From the NCBI GenBank assembly GCA_903861305.1, contig CAIOTT010000049.1:4265-68264 (forward strand): DNA of 64,000 nt, written 5' to 3'. Positions 28,876 through 37,792 of this stretch are shown here, one piece after another; the first letter of the stretch is position 1, and each line of letters opens with the position of its first letter. Made by a program: the position numbers and the translations under genes. The notes beneath the pieces were generated by a model that saw nothing but the letters and a program-made list of their open reading frames with translations, was not told the DNA's origin and searched no databases. Source of the DNA: Candidatus Omnitrophota bacterium (GTDB lineage: Bacteria > Omnitrophota > Gorgyraeia > Zapsychrales > Fredricksoniimonadaceae).

Positions 28876-29763
28876 ATGAAAAAGATCATTTTGCCGCAGG
28901 ACTATGATTACGTCGGGATCTATTTGACGGACAAGTGTTTCCTCAAGTGCCCGTATTGCATCACGAGCCATCATGGATCGCGCTTTATCGGACGTGAGGG
29001 CTCGGCCTATTTGTCGCCGGAAGAATGGGTCCGGGGGCTGAACCGGCTTGTGCTCCCCAAGGATGTGCCTGTTTCCCTGCAGGGGGGGGAACCGTTCCTT
29101 TACAAGGGGATATGGCAGATCCTTGAGAATATTGAGCATAAGGTCGATATCATGACCGCGCTGCCGCCGCACTTGACGCGGGAACATTTCCTGAAATTAA
29201 AGACCCTTCAATGGAACCAGCGTCAGGCGCCGTACCCGACCATCCGTGTCAGTTTTCACAAGGGGCAGAATGATTTCAAGCAGCTCATCGAACGCATCGC
29301 GGGTCTGAATGACATCCTCAGCATCGGCCTTTATTACCTGACGCACCCCTCGGTATCGCAGGAAGAGATAAACGCCATGAAGGCCTGCGCGAAGGAAAAA
29401 GGCGTTGAGTTCAGGGCCAAGGATTTCCTCGGGTTTTATGAGGGGAAGATGTACGGTGAGCTGAAGTATCCCGGGTCCGTGGACGGAAAAAAGCAGGGTG
29501 TCATGGTGGCGTGCCGCAACACCGTCATGCCTGTCGGGCCTGACGGCGCCATTTACCTTTGTCATTCCGACCTTTATTTCAACCGCAGGGACCGGGCTTT
29601 AGGCCATATCCTTGATGAAACATTCGAGTTCCCGAAGGAACATGTGCCGTGCGAAAATTTCGGGCTTTGCAGCGAATGCGATGTGAAGATCAAGAACAAT
29701 CATTACCAGCAGTTCGGCTACACATCCGTTGATATCAAGGTTGCCCAGGAGGCGTCACGATGA
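28876..29763 (+). CDS. Radical SAM enzyme with C-terminal auxiliary Cys cluster (SPASM/twitch-like)
   Basis: LTDKCFLKCPYC (CxxxCxxC), a GGEP motif, and C-terminal ACRNTVMPVGPDGAIYLCH and CENFGLCSEC. Confidence 0.75.
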   Translation: MKKIILPQDYDYVGIYLTDKCFLKCPYCITSHHGSRFIGREGSAYLSPEEWVRGLNRLVLPKDVPVSLQGGEPFLYKGIWQILENIEHKVDIMTALPPHLTREHFLKLKTLQWNQRQAPYPTIRVSFHKGQNDFKQLIERIAGLNDILSIGLYYLTHPSVSQEEINAMKACAKEKGVEFRAKDFLGFYEGKMYGELKYPGSVDGKKQGVMVACRNTVMPVGPDGAIYLCHSDLYFNRRDRALGHILDETFEFPKEHVPCENFGLCSECDVKIKNNHYQQFGYTSVDIKVAQEASR

Positions 29764-30704
29764 TTCTGAAGAAACACAAGGTCCTTATCATCAAGGTCGG
29801 CCATTCCGAGACGCTTGACGCCGAGATCAGCAATATCACCAGTTACGGGGACGTGCTCCGTTCGACCGTTCTGCTCAACTTGTACAAGAACGACCACGTA
29901 ACCTGGCTGGTGGACGAGAAGGCGCTTCCGATCCTCAAGGGCAATCCGCATATCGACCGTATCCTGATCTATAACCTGACGTCGGTCCTGCAGCTGCAGG
30001 CGGAGCATTTTGATACGGTCATCAATCTGGAGAAGGTCCCGGGCCTGTGCGCCCTGGCGGATTCGATCAATGCCTGGCGCCGTTACGGCTTTCGTTTTGA
30101 TGTGCGCACCGGCGAGGCCGAAGCGTATGACAGGTCGGATGTCGTCCTTGAGGTCTGCCGCAGCATTGAAAAAAAGCGGAATCGCAAAGCCTGCTGGCAG
30201 GAAGGCCTTTTTGAGATGGTCGGGGCCGCGTGGGATGGCGAGGAATATGTTTTTGGCTATACGCCCAAGACAAAAGAGGTCCATGATATCGGGTTCAATT
30301 ACCAGGTGGGCAATAAATGGCCGCTCAAGGGGTGGCCGATGCCGTATTGGAAGAAGCTGGAGAAGCTGATCGGCAAGAAATATTCCGTTTCCTGGCAGCA
30401 GGGGCTTGAGGATATGGAAGATTATTTCGACTGGATCAATTCCTGCCGGATGCTGGTCACCAATGATTCTTTCGGTATGCATATCGCCCTGGCCCTGAAG
30501 AAAAAGGTGGTCACGATATTCGGACCGACGCAGGCCTGGGAAAATCATTATTACGGGCGCGGGGTAGCGTTATATTTCAAGGAACTTGACTGCCCGGATC
30601 ACCCCTGCCGCCGTTCCGATTGCGGTCTTTTCAAGGACGGGTGCATCACACAGGTGTCGCCCGGTGACGTTATGGCGGAGATCTCGCGCCGATTGGGGAA
30701 ATAG
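29760..30704 (+). CDS. GT9 family (heptosyltransferase-like) glycosyltransferase
   Basis: N-terminal KVLIIKVGHSE..GDVLRSTVLL..WLV and C-terminal NDSFGMHIALALKKKVVTIFGPT are typical GT9 blocks. Confidence 0.65.
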   Translation: MILKKHKVLIIKVGHSETLDAEISNITSYGDVLRSTVLLNLYKNDHVTWLVDEKALPILKGNPHIDRILIYNLTSVLQLQAEHFDTVINLEKVPGLCALADSINAWRRYGFRFDVRTGEAEAYDRSDVVLEVCRSIEKKRNRKACWQEGLFEMVGAAWDGEEYVFGYTPKTKEVHDIGFNYQVGNKWPLKGWPMPYWKKLEKLIGKKYSVSWQQGLEDMEDYFDWINSCRMLVTNDSFGMHIALALKKKVVTIFGPTQAWENHYYGRGVALYFKELDCPDHPCRRSDCGLFKDGCITQVSPGDVMAEISRRLGK

Positions 30705-30705
30705 G

Positions 30706-31773
30706 ATGGACAAATTCAGGATAGACGGGCACAAGCTGTTGTATCACGTCCCGCGGGTCAATGACTGGATGGAGGGCAAGAACACGTATCCGATCTATAT
30801 GGAGATCAGCCCGGCGGGTAATTGCAACCACCGGTGTGTTTATTGCGGCCTGGATTTCATGAAATACCAGAACCGCCGCCTGAAGACCGAGGTCCTGCGC
30901 GAACGCCTGGCGGAACTCGGGCGGCTGGGCCTCAAGAGCATCATGTATGCCGGGGAAGGTGAGCCGTTCCTGCACCCCGATATGCCGCTGATTACCGAGC
31001 TCACCCGCGCGGCGGGTATCGACCCGGCCTTTACGACCAACGGGGTCCTTCTGGATGAAGCCCGCGCGGCAAGGGTCCTGCCGGTGACATCCTGGATCAA
31101 GGTCAGCATAAACGCGGGAACAAAGGCGACGTATGCCGCTGTCCATGGCTGCAAGGAAGGCGACTTTGATACGGTCCTCGGCAATATGCGCCGCGCCGCC
31201 GCGTTGCGACGCGCGACAAAAGTGCCCTGCACGCTGGGGATGCAGATCCTGCTGCTGCCCGAGAACAGCCGCGAGGTGACGACGCTCGCCGGGATCGCGC
31301 GAGACATCGGGATGGATTATCTCGTCGTGAAGCCCTATTCCCAGCACCCCCAGAGCGAGACGACCAAGTATGCCGGGATCAGCTATGAGCAGCACGCCCC
31401 CCTGGCGGATGAGCTGGCGGCGTATGACACAAAGGATTTCCAGGTCATTTTTCGCATGCAGGCCATGCGCCGGTGGGATGCGGCGGGCAAGCGTTACGGT
31501 TGCTGCCTCGCTTTGCCGTTCTGGTCTTATATCGACGCGGGCGGCGGCGTGTGGGGCTGCAGCGTTTATTTGAGCGACGACCGTTTTTATTACGGCAGCA
31601 TTTACGAGAACACGTTCGAAGAGATCTGGACCGGTGAGCGGCGGATGAATTCGCTCGCATGGGTCCGTGAAAAGCTTGATATTTCCCAATGCCGCGTGAA
31701 TTGCCGGATGGACGCGGTCAACCAGTATTTGTGGGAACTGAAAAACCCTCCGGCGCATGTGAATTTCATCTGA
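30706..31773 (+). CDS. Radical SAM enzyme, SPASM/twitch-like (paralog of 35808-36878)
   Basis: ISPAGNCNHRCVYCG cluster motif, GEGEP, and C-terminal Cys-rich region (CCLALPFWSYIDAGGGVWGC, CRVNC). ATG 30706 lies 1 nt after the upstream stop, and the track extension from 30586 is rejected. Confidence 0.75.
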   Translation: MDKFRIDGHKLLYHVPRVNDWMEGKNTYPIYMEISPAGNCNHRCVYCGLDFMKYQNRRLKTEVLRERLAELGRLGLKSIMYAGEGEPFLHPDMPLITELTRAAGIDPAFTTNGVLLDEARAARVLPVTSWIKVSINAGTKATYAAVHGCKEGDFDTVLGNMRRAAALRRATKVPCTLGMQILLLPENSREVTTLAGIARDIGMDYLVVKPYSQHPQSETTKYAGISYEQHAPLADELAAYDTKDFQVIFRMQAMRRWDAAGKRYGCCLALPFWSYIDAGGGVWGCSVYLSDDRFYYGSIYENTFEEIWTGERRMNSLAWVREKLDISQCRVNCRMDAVNQYLWELKNPPAHVNFI

Positions 31774-31776
31774 CCT

Positions 31777-32607
31777 ATGGACAACCTGGCATTGAAGGCA
31801 CAACAGATCCGCAAGGACATATTCAAGACCATCTGCAACGGGGGCGGGGGGCATACACCTTCCGCGCTTTCTATCGTTGAGATACTGACGGTCCTTTATT
31901 TTGAGATACTGAATGTGGACCCGAAGGCGCCCCGGCACCCGGACCGCGACCGTTTCGTGCTGAGCAAGGGGCACGCGGGTGTGGCCCTTTATGCGGTGCT
32001 GGCGGAAAAAGGCTTCTTTGACAAAGCGTTGCTTGGAACTTTCGGAAAACCCGGGACGATGCTCGGCGGGCATCCGGATATGCACAAGGTCCCGGGGGTC
32101 GAGGCATCTACGGGCGCCCTGGGGCACGGGTTCCCGTTCTCTGTCGGGCTCGCCCTGGCGGGGAAGATGGACAAGCGGCCTTACCGGGTCTTCACGATCG
32201 TGGGGGACGGTGAGTGCCAGGAAGGTTCCATCTGGGAAGCGGCCCTGTTCGCGCCCAAGCATGGGCTGGATAACCTGGTGTGCATTGTGGACCATAACAA
32301 GTTCCAGGCCATGGACCATCTGGATGAGATCATTCCCATGGCCCCCTTCGCGGACAAATGGAAAGCGTTCGGCTGGGCGGTGCACGAGGTGGACGGGCAC
32401 GACATCCCGGCGCTCAGGGATATTTTTTCCCGGCGGCCCATCGCGCCCGGGAAGCCTGCCGTTATCATCGCGCATACGGTCAAGGGCAAGGGCATTTCAT
32501 TCATGGAGAACGTGCCGATCTGGCATTACCGTATGCCGGGCCCGAAGGAACTTGAAACAGCGGCGGCAGAGCTTGGCCTGGTCCTTAACAACGGGGTGCT
32601 CTCATGA
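31777..32607 (+). CDS. Transketolase, N-terminal (ThDP-binding) subunit
   Basis: GGHTPSALS, SKGHAG, GALGHG and IVGDGECQEG..DHN are ThDP-binding motifs of split transketolases. Confidence 0.9.
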   Translation: MDNLALKAQQIRKDIFKTICNGGGGHTPSALSIVEILTVLYFEILNVDPKAPRHPDRDRFVLSKGHAGVALYAVLAEKGFFDKALLGTFGKPGTMLGGHPDMHKVPGVEASTGALGHGFPFSVGLALAGKMDKRPYRVFTIVGDGECQEGSIWEAALFAPKHGLDNLVCIVDHNKFQAMDHLDEIIPMAPFADKWKAFGWAVHEVDGHDIPALRDIFSRRPIAPGKPAVIIAHTVKGKGISFMENVPIWHYRMPGPKELETAAAELGLVLNNGVLS

Positions 32608-33548
32608 GGAATGCTTATCTGCAGGCGATGCACGAACTGGCGGGCCGGGACCGCAATATACTGGCGCTTATTTCCGACAACGGCGCGGTTGTCTATGACA
32701 AATACCGCAGCGCGTATCCAGAGCAGTATTTCAATATGGGCATTTCGGAGCAGAACATGGTCAGCGCGGCGGCCGGCCTCGCGTCGTGCGGGAAGATCCC
32801 GTTCGCTTACACGATCTCGAATTTCCTGGTTTACCGGGCTTTCGAACAGATACGCAATGACGTGTGTTTGCAGAAAATGAACGTGAAGCTGGTGGGGATC
32901 GGGGTCGGGTTTGTTTACAGCAACCTTGGCCCGACGCACCACGGCACGGAGGATATTGCGGTCCTGAGGTGCCTGCCGCATATGACGATCTTTTCTCCCG
33001 CGGACCCGCTGGAGACCCGGAACGTCACCCTCGCGGCCGCGGCGATCAACGGCCCGGTGTATATCCGCCTGGCCACAGGGGGTTCGCCGGCCATTTATGA
33101 GAAGGATTATGATTTTGTCGTCGGCAAGGCTGTCGTCCTCCGGCCGGGCAGCGACATCACGGTCATGTCAACCGGCAGCGGGGTCCATGAAGCGCTCCAG
33201 GCGGTCCAGGAGCTTGCCGCCCAGGGCATTGCGGCGCGTCTTGTTAATTTTCATACGATCAAACCCATTGACCGTGAGGCCATCGTGAGGGCGGCCCGAG
33301 AAACGGGCAAGGTCCTGGTCGTGGAAGAACAGAATACCAGCGGCGGCCTGGCCGGCGCGGTCGCCGAAGTGCTGATGGAAGAAGGCATGGGCGGCATCAA
33401 GTTCCGCCGGATGGGGCTTAAGGACAGCTTTGCGCAGGGGTATGGTTCGTATCACGACTTGCAGGAGATGAATGGCCTTTCCAGGCGGTACATTATGGAA
33501 GCCGCTAAAAGCATGGTTGCTGATACCGTGCCGGAAGGCCTCTCATGA
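32604..33548 (+). CDS. Transketolase, C-terminal (pyrimidine-binding/C-terminal domain) subunit
   Basis: GISEQNMVSAAAGLA, GPTHHGTEDIA and the downstream C-terminal domain. 4-nt overlap with the N-terminal subunit gene. Confidence 0.9.
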   Translation: MRNAYLQAMHELAGRDRNILALISDNGAVVYDKYRSAYPEQYFNMGISEQNMVSAAAGLASCGKIPFAYTISNFLVYRAFEQIRNDVCLQKMNVKLVGIGVGFVYSNLGPTHHGTEDIAVLRCLPHMTIFSPADPLETRNVTLAAAAINGPVYIRLATGGSPAIYEKDYDFVVGKAVVLRPGSDITVMSTGSGVHEALQAVQELAAQGIAARLVNFHTIKPIDREAIVRAARETGKVLVVEEQNTSGGLAGAVAEVLMEEGMGGIKFRRMGLKDSFAQGYGSYHDLQEMNGLSRRYIMEAAKSMVADTVPEGLS

Positions 33549-35134
33549 GAACGCTCATTGTCCTTCCTGATTTTCAACAACAGCAGGCCTATCATTTTCC
33601 TTTGGGCATCCCGTATGTTTCTTCTTATTTAAAAAGCAAGGGGCATGACATTACGGCGTTCAATGCGAATCATTATGCAGCGTCACAACTGGATGAAGTT
33701 CTTTCCCGGGGCGGCTTTGATGTGGTGGCGACGGGAGGATTGTTCGTCCATGCAGCGGTCGTTAAAAGCCTTGTCGATCGCGTCCGTGAAAAAAGCCCGC
33801 GGTCAAAGGTCGTTTTAGGAGGTGCGCTTGTCGCCGGAGATCCTGAATATGTTTTTGACGCACTCAAGCCCGATCATATGGTCCTTGGAGAAGGCGAAAC
33901 AGTAATGGAAGAGCTGCTCAAGACCCTGGCGCATGGCGGCGACCTCGCGGGTGTTGCCGGGATCGCGTATAAAGCGAACGGCCGTTTCGTGCGTACGGAG
34001 GCGGCGCCTTTGATCGAGTCGCTGGATTCCCTGCCGTTCCCGGATTATGAAGGATTTGAGTTTGGCCGTTTTCTGGATTCAGCCCCGAAGCGGATCGCTA
34101 ATATTATTTCGAGCAGGGATTGTGTCAGCAAATGCACGTTCTGCTTCAGGATGATGGGTGGAAAGTTCCGCCTGCGCTCACTGGCGAACCTGATGGGGGA
34201 GATCCATTACCTGCGCGACAAATATCAGATCAAAGAGGTTGGCCTTTTGGATGACATGTTCGCGGCAGACAAGAACAGGGTCATGGAATTTTGCCGCCTG
34301 ATCAAGCCGTTGGGCATTCCATGGACGTGTCAGCTGCGCGTTAACATTGTTGATGATCAGTTGCTGAGCCATATGAAAGACGCGGGGTGCCACTTTATCA
34401 GTTATGGTTTTGAAAGCGGCAGTTCGAAGGTCCTCAAGAGCATGAGGAAGGGGGTCACGCCCCAGCAGATCGATCATGCGATCCAGGCGACCCTGAAAGC
34501 AAACATAACCATTCAGGGCAATTTTATTTTTGGAGACCCGGCGGAAGATCTTAAGACGGTGGAAGAGACCATCCGCTTTACCAGGAAATTCAGCAAATTG
34601 AATATTGGGTATGGGCACATCATCCCGTATCCGGGAACAGTTTTGTACCATGATCTTGTCCGCAGGGGGGGCATCAAGGACCGCTGGGCGTTCTTTTTGA
34701 ACCCAACCGGAGCGCAGTACAACATGACGTCTCTTTCTGATATCGATTATGCCTATTTGAAAAGGAAGGTTTTTGTTGAGGGGCTCTGGCGCCGGTGCCA
34801 GGGATCGGGGAGGATCGTAAAGTTCAAGAAGATCCGGCCTGATGTTTACGACCTGTCGATCCGCTGTCAGCTTTGCGGGACCGTTCATGTGTTCGAGAAA
34901 TTCAACCGCGATCAGGAGTGCAGCCATTTTATTTGCAAGAATTGTTATCAAAGGGTCTTTTGGGATGAAGGGGACCTGAGGTTCATGGATATTGCATGTA
35001 TACGGCACAGGTTTGTCGGCCTTTATATTTGGGGTTTTATCTGTTCTTCACCTGGCCTTCATCGCTGCATTGAGCCGATCCTCATGGGTATAAAAAAGAT
35101 CAACTCCGTGGTCAAGAAAACATTGAGAGGCTGA
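33545..35134 (+). CDS. Cobalamin-binding (class B) radical SAM enzyme
   Basis: N-terminal B12-binding-like domain (MVLGEGE), cluster motif SRDCVSKCTFC, and an additional C-terminal Cys pairs region (CQLCG..CKNC). Confidence 0.8.
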   Translation: MRTLIVLPDFQQQQAYHFPLGIPYVSSYLKSKGHDITAFNANHYAASQLDEVLSRGGFDVVATGGLFVHAAVVKSLVDRVREKSPRSKVVLGGALVAGDPEYVFDALKPDHMVLGEGETVMEELLKTLAHGGDLAGVAGIAYKANGRFVRTEAAPLIESLDSLPFPDYEGFEFGRFLDSAPKRIANIISSRDCVSKCTFCFRMMGGKFRLRSLANLMGEIHYLRDKYQIKEVGLLDDMFAADKNRVMEFCRLIKPLGIPWTCQLRVNIVDDQLLSHMKDAGCHFISYGFESGSSKVLKSMRKGVTPQQIDHAIQATLKANITIQGNFIFGDPAEDLKTVEETIRFTRKFSKLNIGYGHIIPYPGTVLYHDLVRRGGIKDRWAFFLNPTGAQYNMTSLSDIDYAYLKRKVFVEGLWRRCQGSGRIVKFKKIRPDVYDLSIRCQLCGTVHVFEKFNRDQECSHFICKNCYQRVFWDEGDLRFMDIACIRHRFVGLYIWGFICSSPGLHRCIEPILMGIKKINSVVKKTLRG

Positions 35135-35135
35135 T

Positions 35136-35798
35136 ATGGGACAGTTGATGAATATCATCACACCTTTGCACACACGCTCAAAGCGTGAATACCTTGCCCG
35201 GATGGTCAATGACAAGGTGCATTGCTCCGAAGTGGCGCGCAAGTTCGAGGCTGATTTCTGGGACGGCGAGCGCAAGTACGGTTACGGCGGGTATAAATAT
35301 GATGGGCGCTGGGTGGCGGTCGCGCAGGCGTTGATCGACCAATACCGGCTGTCCCCCCATGCCCGCATCCTTGATGTGGGGTGCGGAAAGGGGTTCCTGC
35401 TTCATGAATTAAAGAAACTTCTTCCCGGGGCTGCTGTCGTCGGGATCGACATTTCGGATCACGCTTTGCGCGGGGCTAAGGAAGAAGTGAAGCCCTTCTT
35501 GTCTAAGCAGCGCGCGCAGGACCCGTATCCTTTCAAGGACAAGGAGTTCGATCTTGTTTTTTCAAACACGACGCTGCATAACCTGCCTGTGCAGGAACTT
35601 GACCCTGCGTTGCGGGAGATCCAAAGGGTCGGCAAGCGGTCGTATATTTGCGTGGAAAGTTTCCGCACGGTCCAGGAACTGTTCAATGTGCAGTGCTGGG
35701 CGCTGACCTGCGAAACTTTTCTCAGGCCCGAGGGGTGGCAGTGGTTGTTCCAAGAGGCCGGGTACACCGGGGACTATGAATTCATCTATTTTGAGTAA
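35136..35798 (+). CDS. Class I SAM-dependent methyltransferase
   Basis: SAM motif I ILDVGCGKGFLL and motif II-like DLVFSNTTLHN. Confidence 0.8.
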   Translation: MGQLMNIITPLHTRSKREYLARMVNDKVHCSEVARKFEADFWDGERKYGYGGYKYDGRWVAVAQALIDQYRLSPHARILDVGCGKGFLLHELKKLLPGAAVVGIDISDHALRGAKEEVKPFLSKQRAQDPYPFKDKEFDLVFSNTTLHNLPVQELDPALREIQRVGKRSYICVESFRTVQELFNVQCWALTCETFLRPEGWQWLFQEAGYTGDYEFIYFE

Positions 35799-35807
35799 AA
35801 CAAAATT

Positions 35808-36878
35808 ATGGGTAATCTTTACACGAAATTAAAGATCTTTCATTTTCAGAACAAGCTTGATTCCCTGCCGCGGGGCGTGGATCAGGTCCTGGCGCCTGTG
35901 CACATCAGGATCAAGCCGACAAATATGTGCAATCACCGCTGCTGGTATTGCGCCTATCGGGCCGAGGACCTCCAGCTGGGCAAGGATATGGTCATCAAGG
36001 ACGTGATCCCGCAGGCCAAGATGATGGAGATCATCGACGATATTGCGGCCATGGGTGTCAAAGCCGTGACGTTCAGCGGCGGCGGGGAGCCGTTCTGTTA
36101 CCCGCACCTGGCGGCAGCGGCGAAAGCCCTGGCCGGGCACAAGATCAAGTTCGCCTCATTGACCAACGGCGCATTGCTCAGCGGTGAAGCCGCGGAGATC
36201 TTTGCGGCGCACGGAACGTGGGTCCGCATTTCCATGGACGGTTGGGATGATGCCCGTTACATGAAGTACCGTCAGGCGAAAGACGGGGAGTTTACGAGGA
36301 TCATCCGCAATATCAAGGCGTTCAAGGCTTATCGGGGCCAATGTCTCCTGGGCGTGAGCTTTATCCTGGATAAGGATAATTATCCTCATTTTTACGATCT
36401 TGCGAAGCAATTGAAAGATGTAGGTGTTGACAGCCTGAAGGTGGCCCCGTGCATTGTTTCCAATACATCGCAGGGGAACAATGATTATCATGGCCCGTTC
36501 TTCGACGCGGCGCAGGAGGTCATCGCCAGGACATGCGCGGATCTGTCAGATGCAACATTCGAGATATCCAACACGTACCATCAGCAGCAAACCAGTTTTA
36601 ACAAGAATTATGACTGGTGCCCCTATTTGCAGATACTTCCGATCATTGGGGCGGACCTGAATGTGTATTCCTGCCAGGACAAGGCTTACAACCTTGATTG
36701 CGGCCTGCTTGGGTCTATCAAAGATGTCCGGTTCAAGGATTTCTGGTTCTCTGATAAGAACAAGTTCTTTACGATCAACCCCGCGCGTGATTGCGGGCAC
36801 CATTGCGTGGCTGACGGGAAAAACAAGCTTGTGCTTGAATATCTCGAAGCTGACCCCGGGCATTTGGATTTTGTATGA
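35808..36878 (+). CDS. Radical SAM enzyme, SPASM/twitch-like (paralog of 30706-31773)
   Basis: IKPTNMCNHRCWYCAY, GGGEP, and C-terminal Cys region (WCPYLQILPIIGADLNVYSC, CGHHC). Confidence 0.75.
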   Translation: MGNLYTKLKIFHFQNKLDSLPRGVDQVLAPVHIRIKPTNMCNHRCWYCAYRAEDLQLGKDMVIKDVIPQAKMMEIIDDIAAMGVKAVTFSGGGEPFCYPHLAAAAKALAGHKIKFASLTNGALLSGEAAEIFAAHGTWVRISMDGWDDARYMKYRQAKDGEFTRIIRNIKAFKAYRGQCLLGVSFILDKDNYPHFYDLAKQLKDVGVDSLKVAPCIVSNTSQGNNDYHGPFFDAAQEVIARTCADLSDATFEISNTYHQQQTSFNKNYDWCPYLQILPIIGADLNVYSCQDKAYNLDCGLLGSIKDVRFKDFWFSDKNKFFTINPARDCGHHCVADGKNKLVLEYLEADPGHLDFV

Positions 36879-37792
36879 ACAACATGGACGTCGCCAATAT
36901 CAAAAAGATCGTGATCCTCGGGCACAGCGGTTTTGTCGGGGGGCATGTGTGGCGTGCTTTTGAGCGCCAGTTCCCCGGTGTTGAACGGATCGGCATGTCA
37001 TTCCCGGAGCTTGACCTGACGGCGCCTGAAAGTGTTTCGACGCTGGCGGGCTTGTTCGACAGCCATACGGCTGTGGTCTTGTGTTCTGCGGTCAAGCGGC
37101 AGTTCGGCGACACCCTGGATGCGTATCAGAAAAATGTGGCCATGTGCCTTAATGTGGCCCGGGCCATCGAGCTGGCGCCGGTAGCGCGGCTGATATTTTT
37201 CAGTTCCTCGGCCGTCTACGGCGAGGATATTCACAACAGGAACATTACGGAAACCACGCCGGTGTGCGTGCGTTCGTATTATGGTCTTGCCAAACATACC
37301 GGAGAATTGATCTTTGAACGTGTCTTTAGCCGTCTGCCGGGGGCCTTCGTTGCTGTTCGCCCGCCCCTTATTTATGGTCCGGGAGATCAGGGGCATACGT
37401 ACGGCCCCGCAGGGTTTCTTGCCTGTGTGCTGCAGGGGCAGGTCATCACGCTCTGGGGGGACGGGGAGGAGCTCAGGGAGTTCCTTTTCGTTGATGATGT
37501 CTGCGCGTTGCTCGGCCGTCTGCTGAAGGGCGATCACCGTGGCGTGGTGAACCTGAGTTCCGGCCAAAGCCGTACCTTCCGGGATGTTATGGAGATCCTC
37601 CGGGAACTGGCCCCCGGACGTGTCCGCGTCGATTCGCGCCCGCGTTCCAAAGACAAGGTTGACAATGCCTTCGACGGCAGCAGGCTCCAGCAATGGGTGG
37701 GCGGTTATTCTTTCATGCCCCTGGAGCAGGGTTTGCGCCGGATGCATGAGATCGAGGCTTCTGCTCCCCGTCCGCAGGAGGTACGTTCATGA
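36875..37792 (+). CDS. NAD(P)-dependent sugar epimerase/reductase (extended SDR)
   Basis: VILGHSGFVGG Rossmann motif and YGLAK (YxxxK). Confidence 0.75.
   Translation: MNNMDVANIKKIVILGHSGFVGGHVWRAFERQFPGVERIGMSFPELDLTAPESVSTLAGLFDSHTAVVLCSAVKRQFGDTLDAYQKNVAMCLNVARAIELAPVARLIFFSSSAVYGEDIHNRNITETTPVCVRSYYGLAKHTGELIFERVFSRLPGAFVAVRPPLIYGPGDQGHTYGPAGFLACVLQGQVITLWGDGEELREFLFVDDVCALLGRLLKGDHRGVVNLSSGQSRTFRDVMEILRELAPGRVRVDSRPRSKDKVDNAFDGSRLQQWVGGYSFMPLEQGLRRMHEIEASAPRPQEVRS

Noticed and set aside
29760-30704. The GT-B-type protein as the missing PseG UDP-sugar hydrolase.
   Set aside because: Its N- and C-terminal blocks (GDVL..., NDSFGMHIALA...FGPT) are those of GT9 heptosyltransferase-like enzymes rather than PseG. 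It is left as GT9-like pending an HMM test.
30670-32475. A 601-aa ORF on the minus strand. Many other long antisense ORFs behave the same way, for example 13892-14971, 20994-22016, 22173-23504, 28351-29187, 29718-30548, 34178-35008, 36998-37747 and 52706-53629.
   Set aside because: Each lies entirely antisense to a + strand gene with strong family motifs. Their translations are Arg/Pro/Gly/His-rich low-complexity sequence with no motifs. Such shadow ORFs are expected when GC-biased codon usage depletes stop codons on the opposite strand.
31979-32698. Same-strand alternative-frame ORFs, for example 31979-32698, 8093-8566, 21599-22063, 291-641 and 30010-30369.
   Set aside because: They overlap confidently assigned genes (transketolase, MBOAT, AT3 and others) in another frame. 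Their products are Arg/Ser/Pro/Gly-rich sequence without motifs, so this is a compositional artefact.
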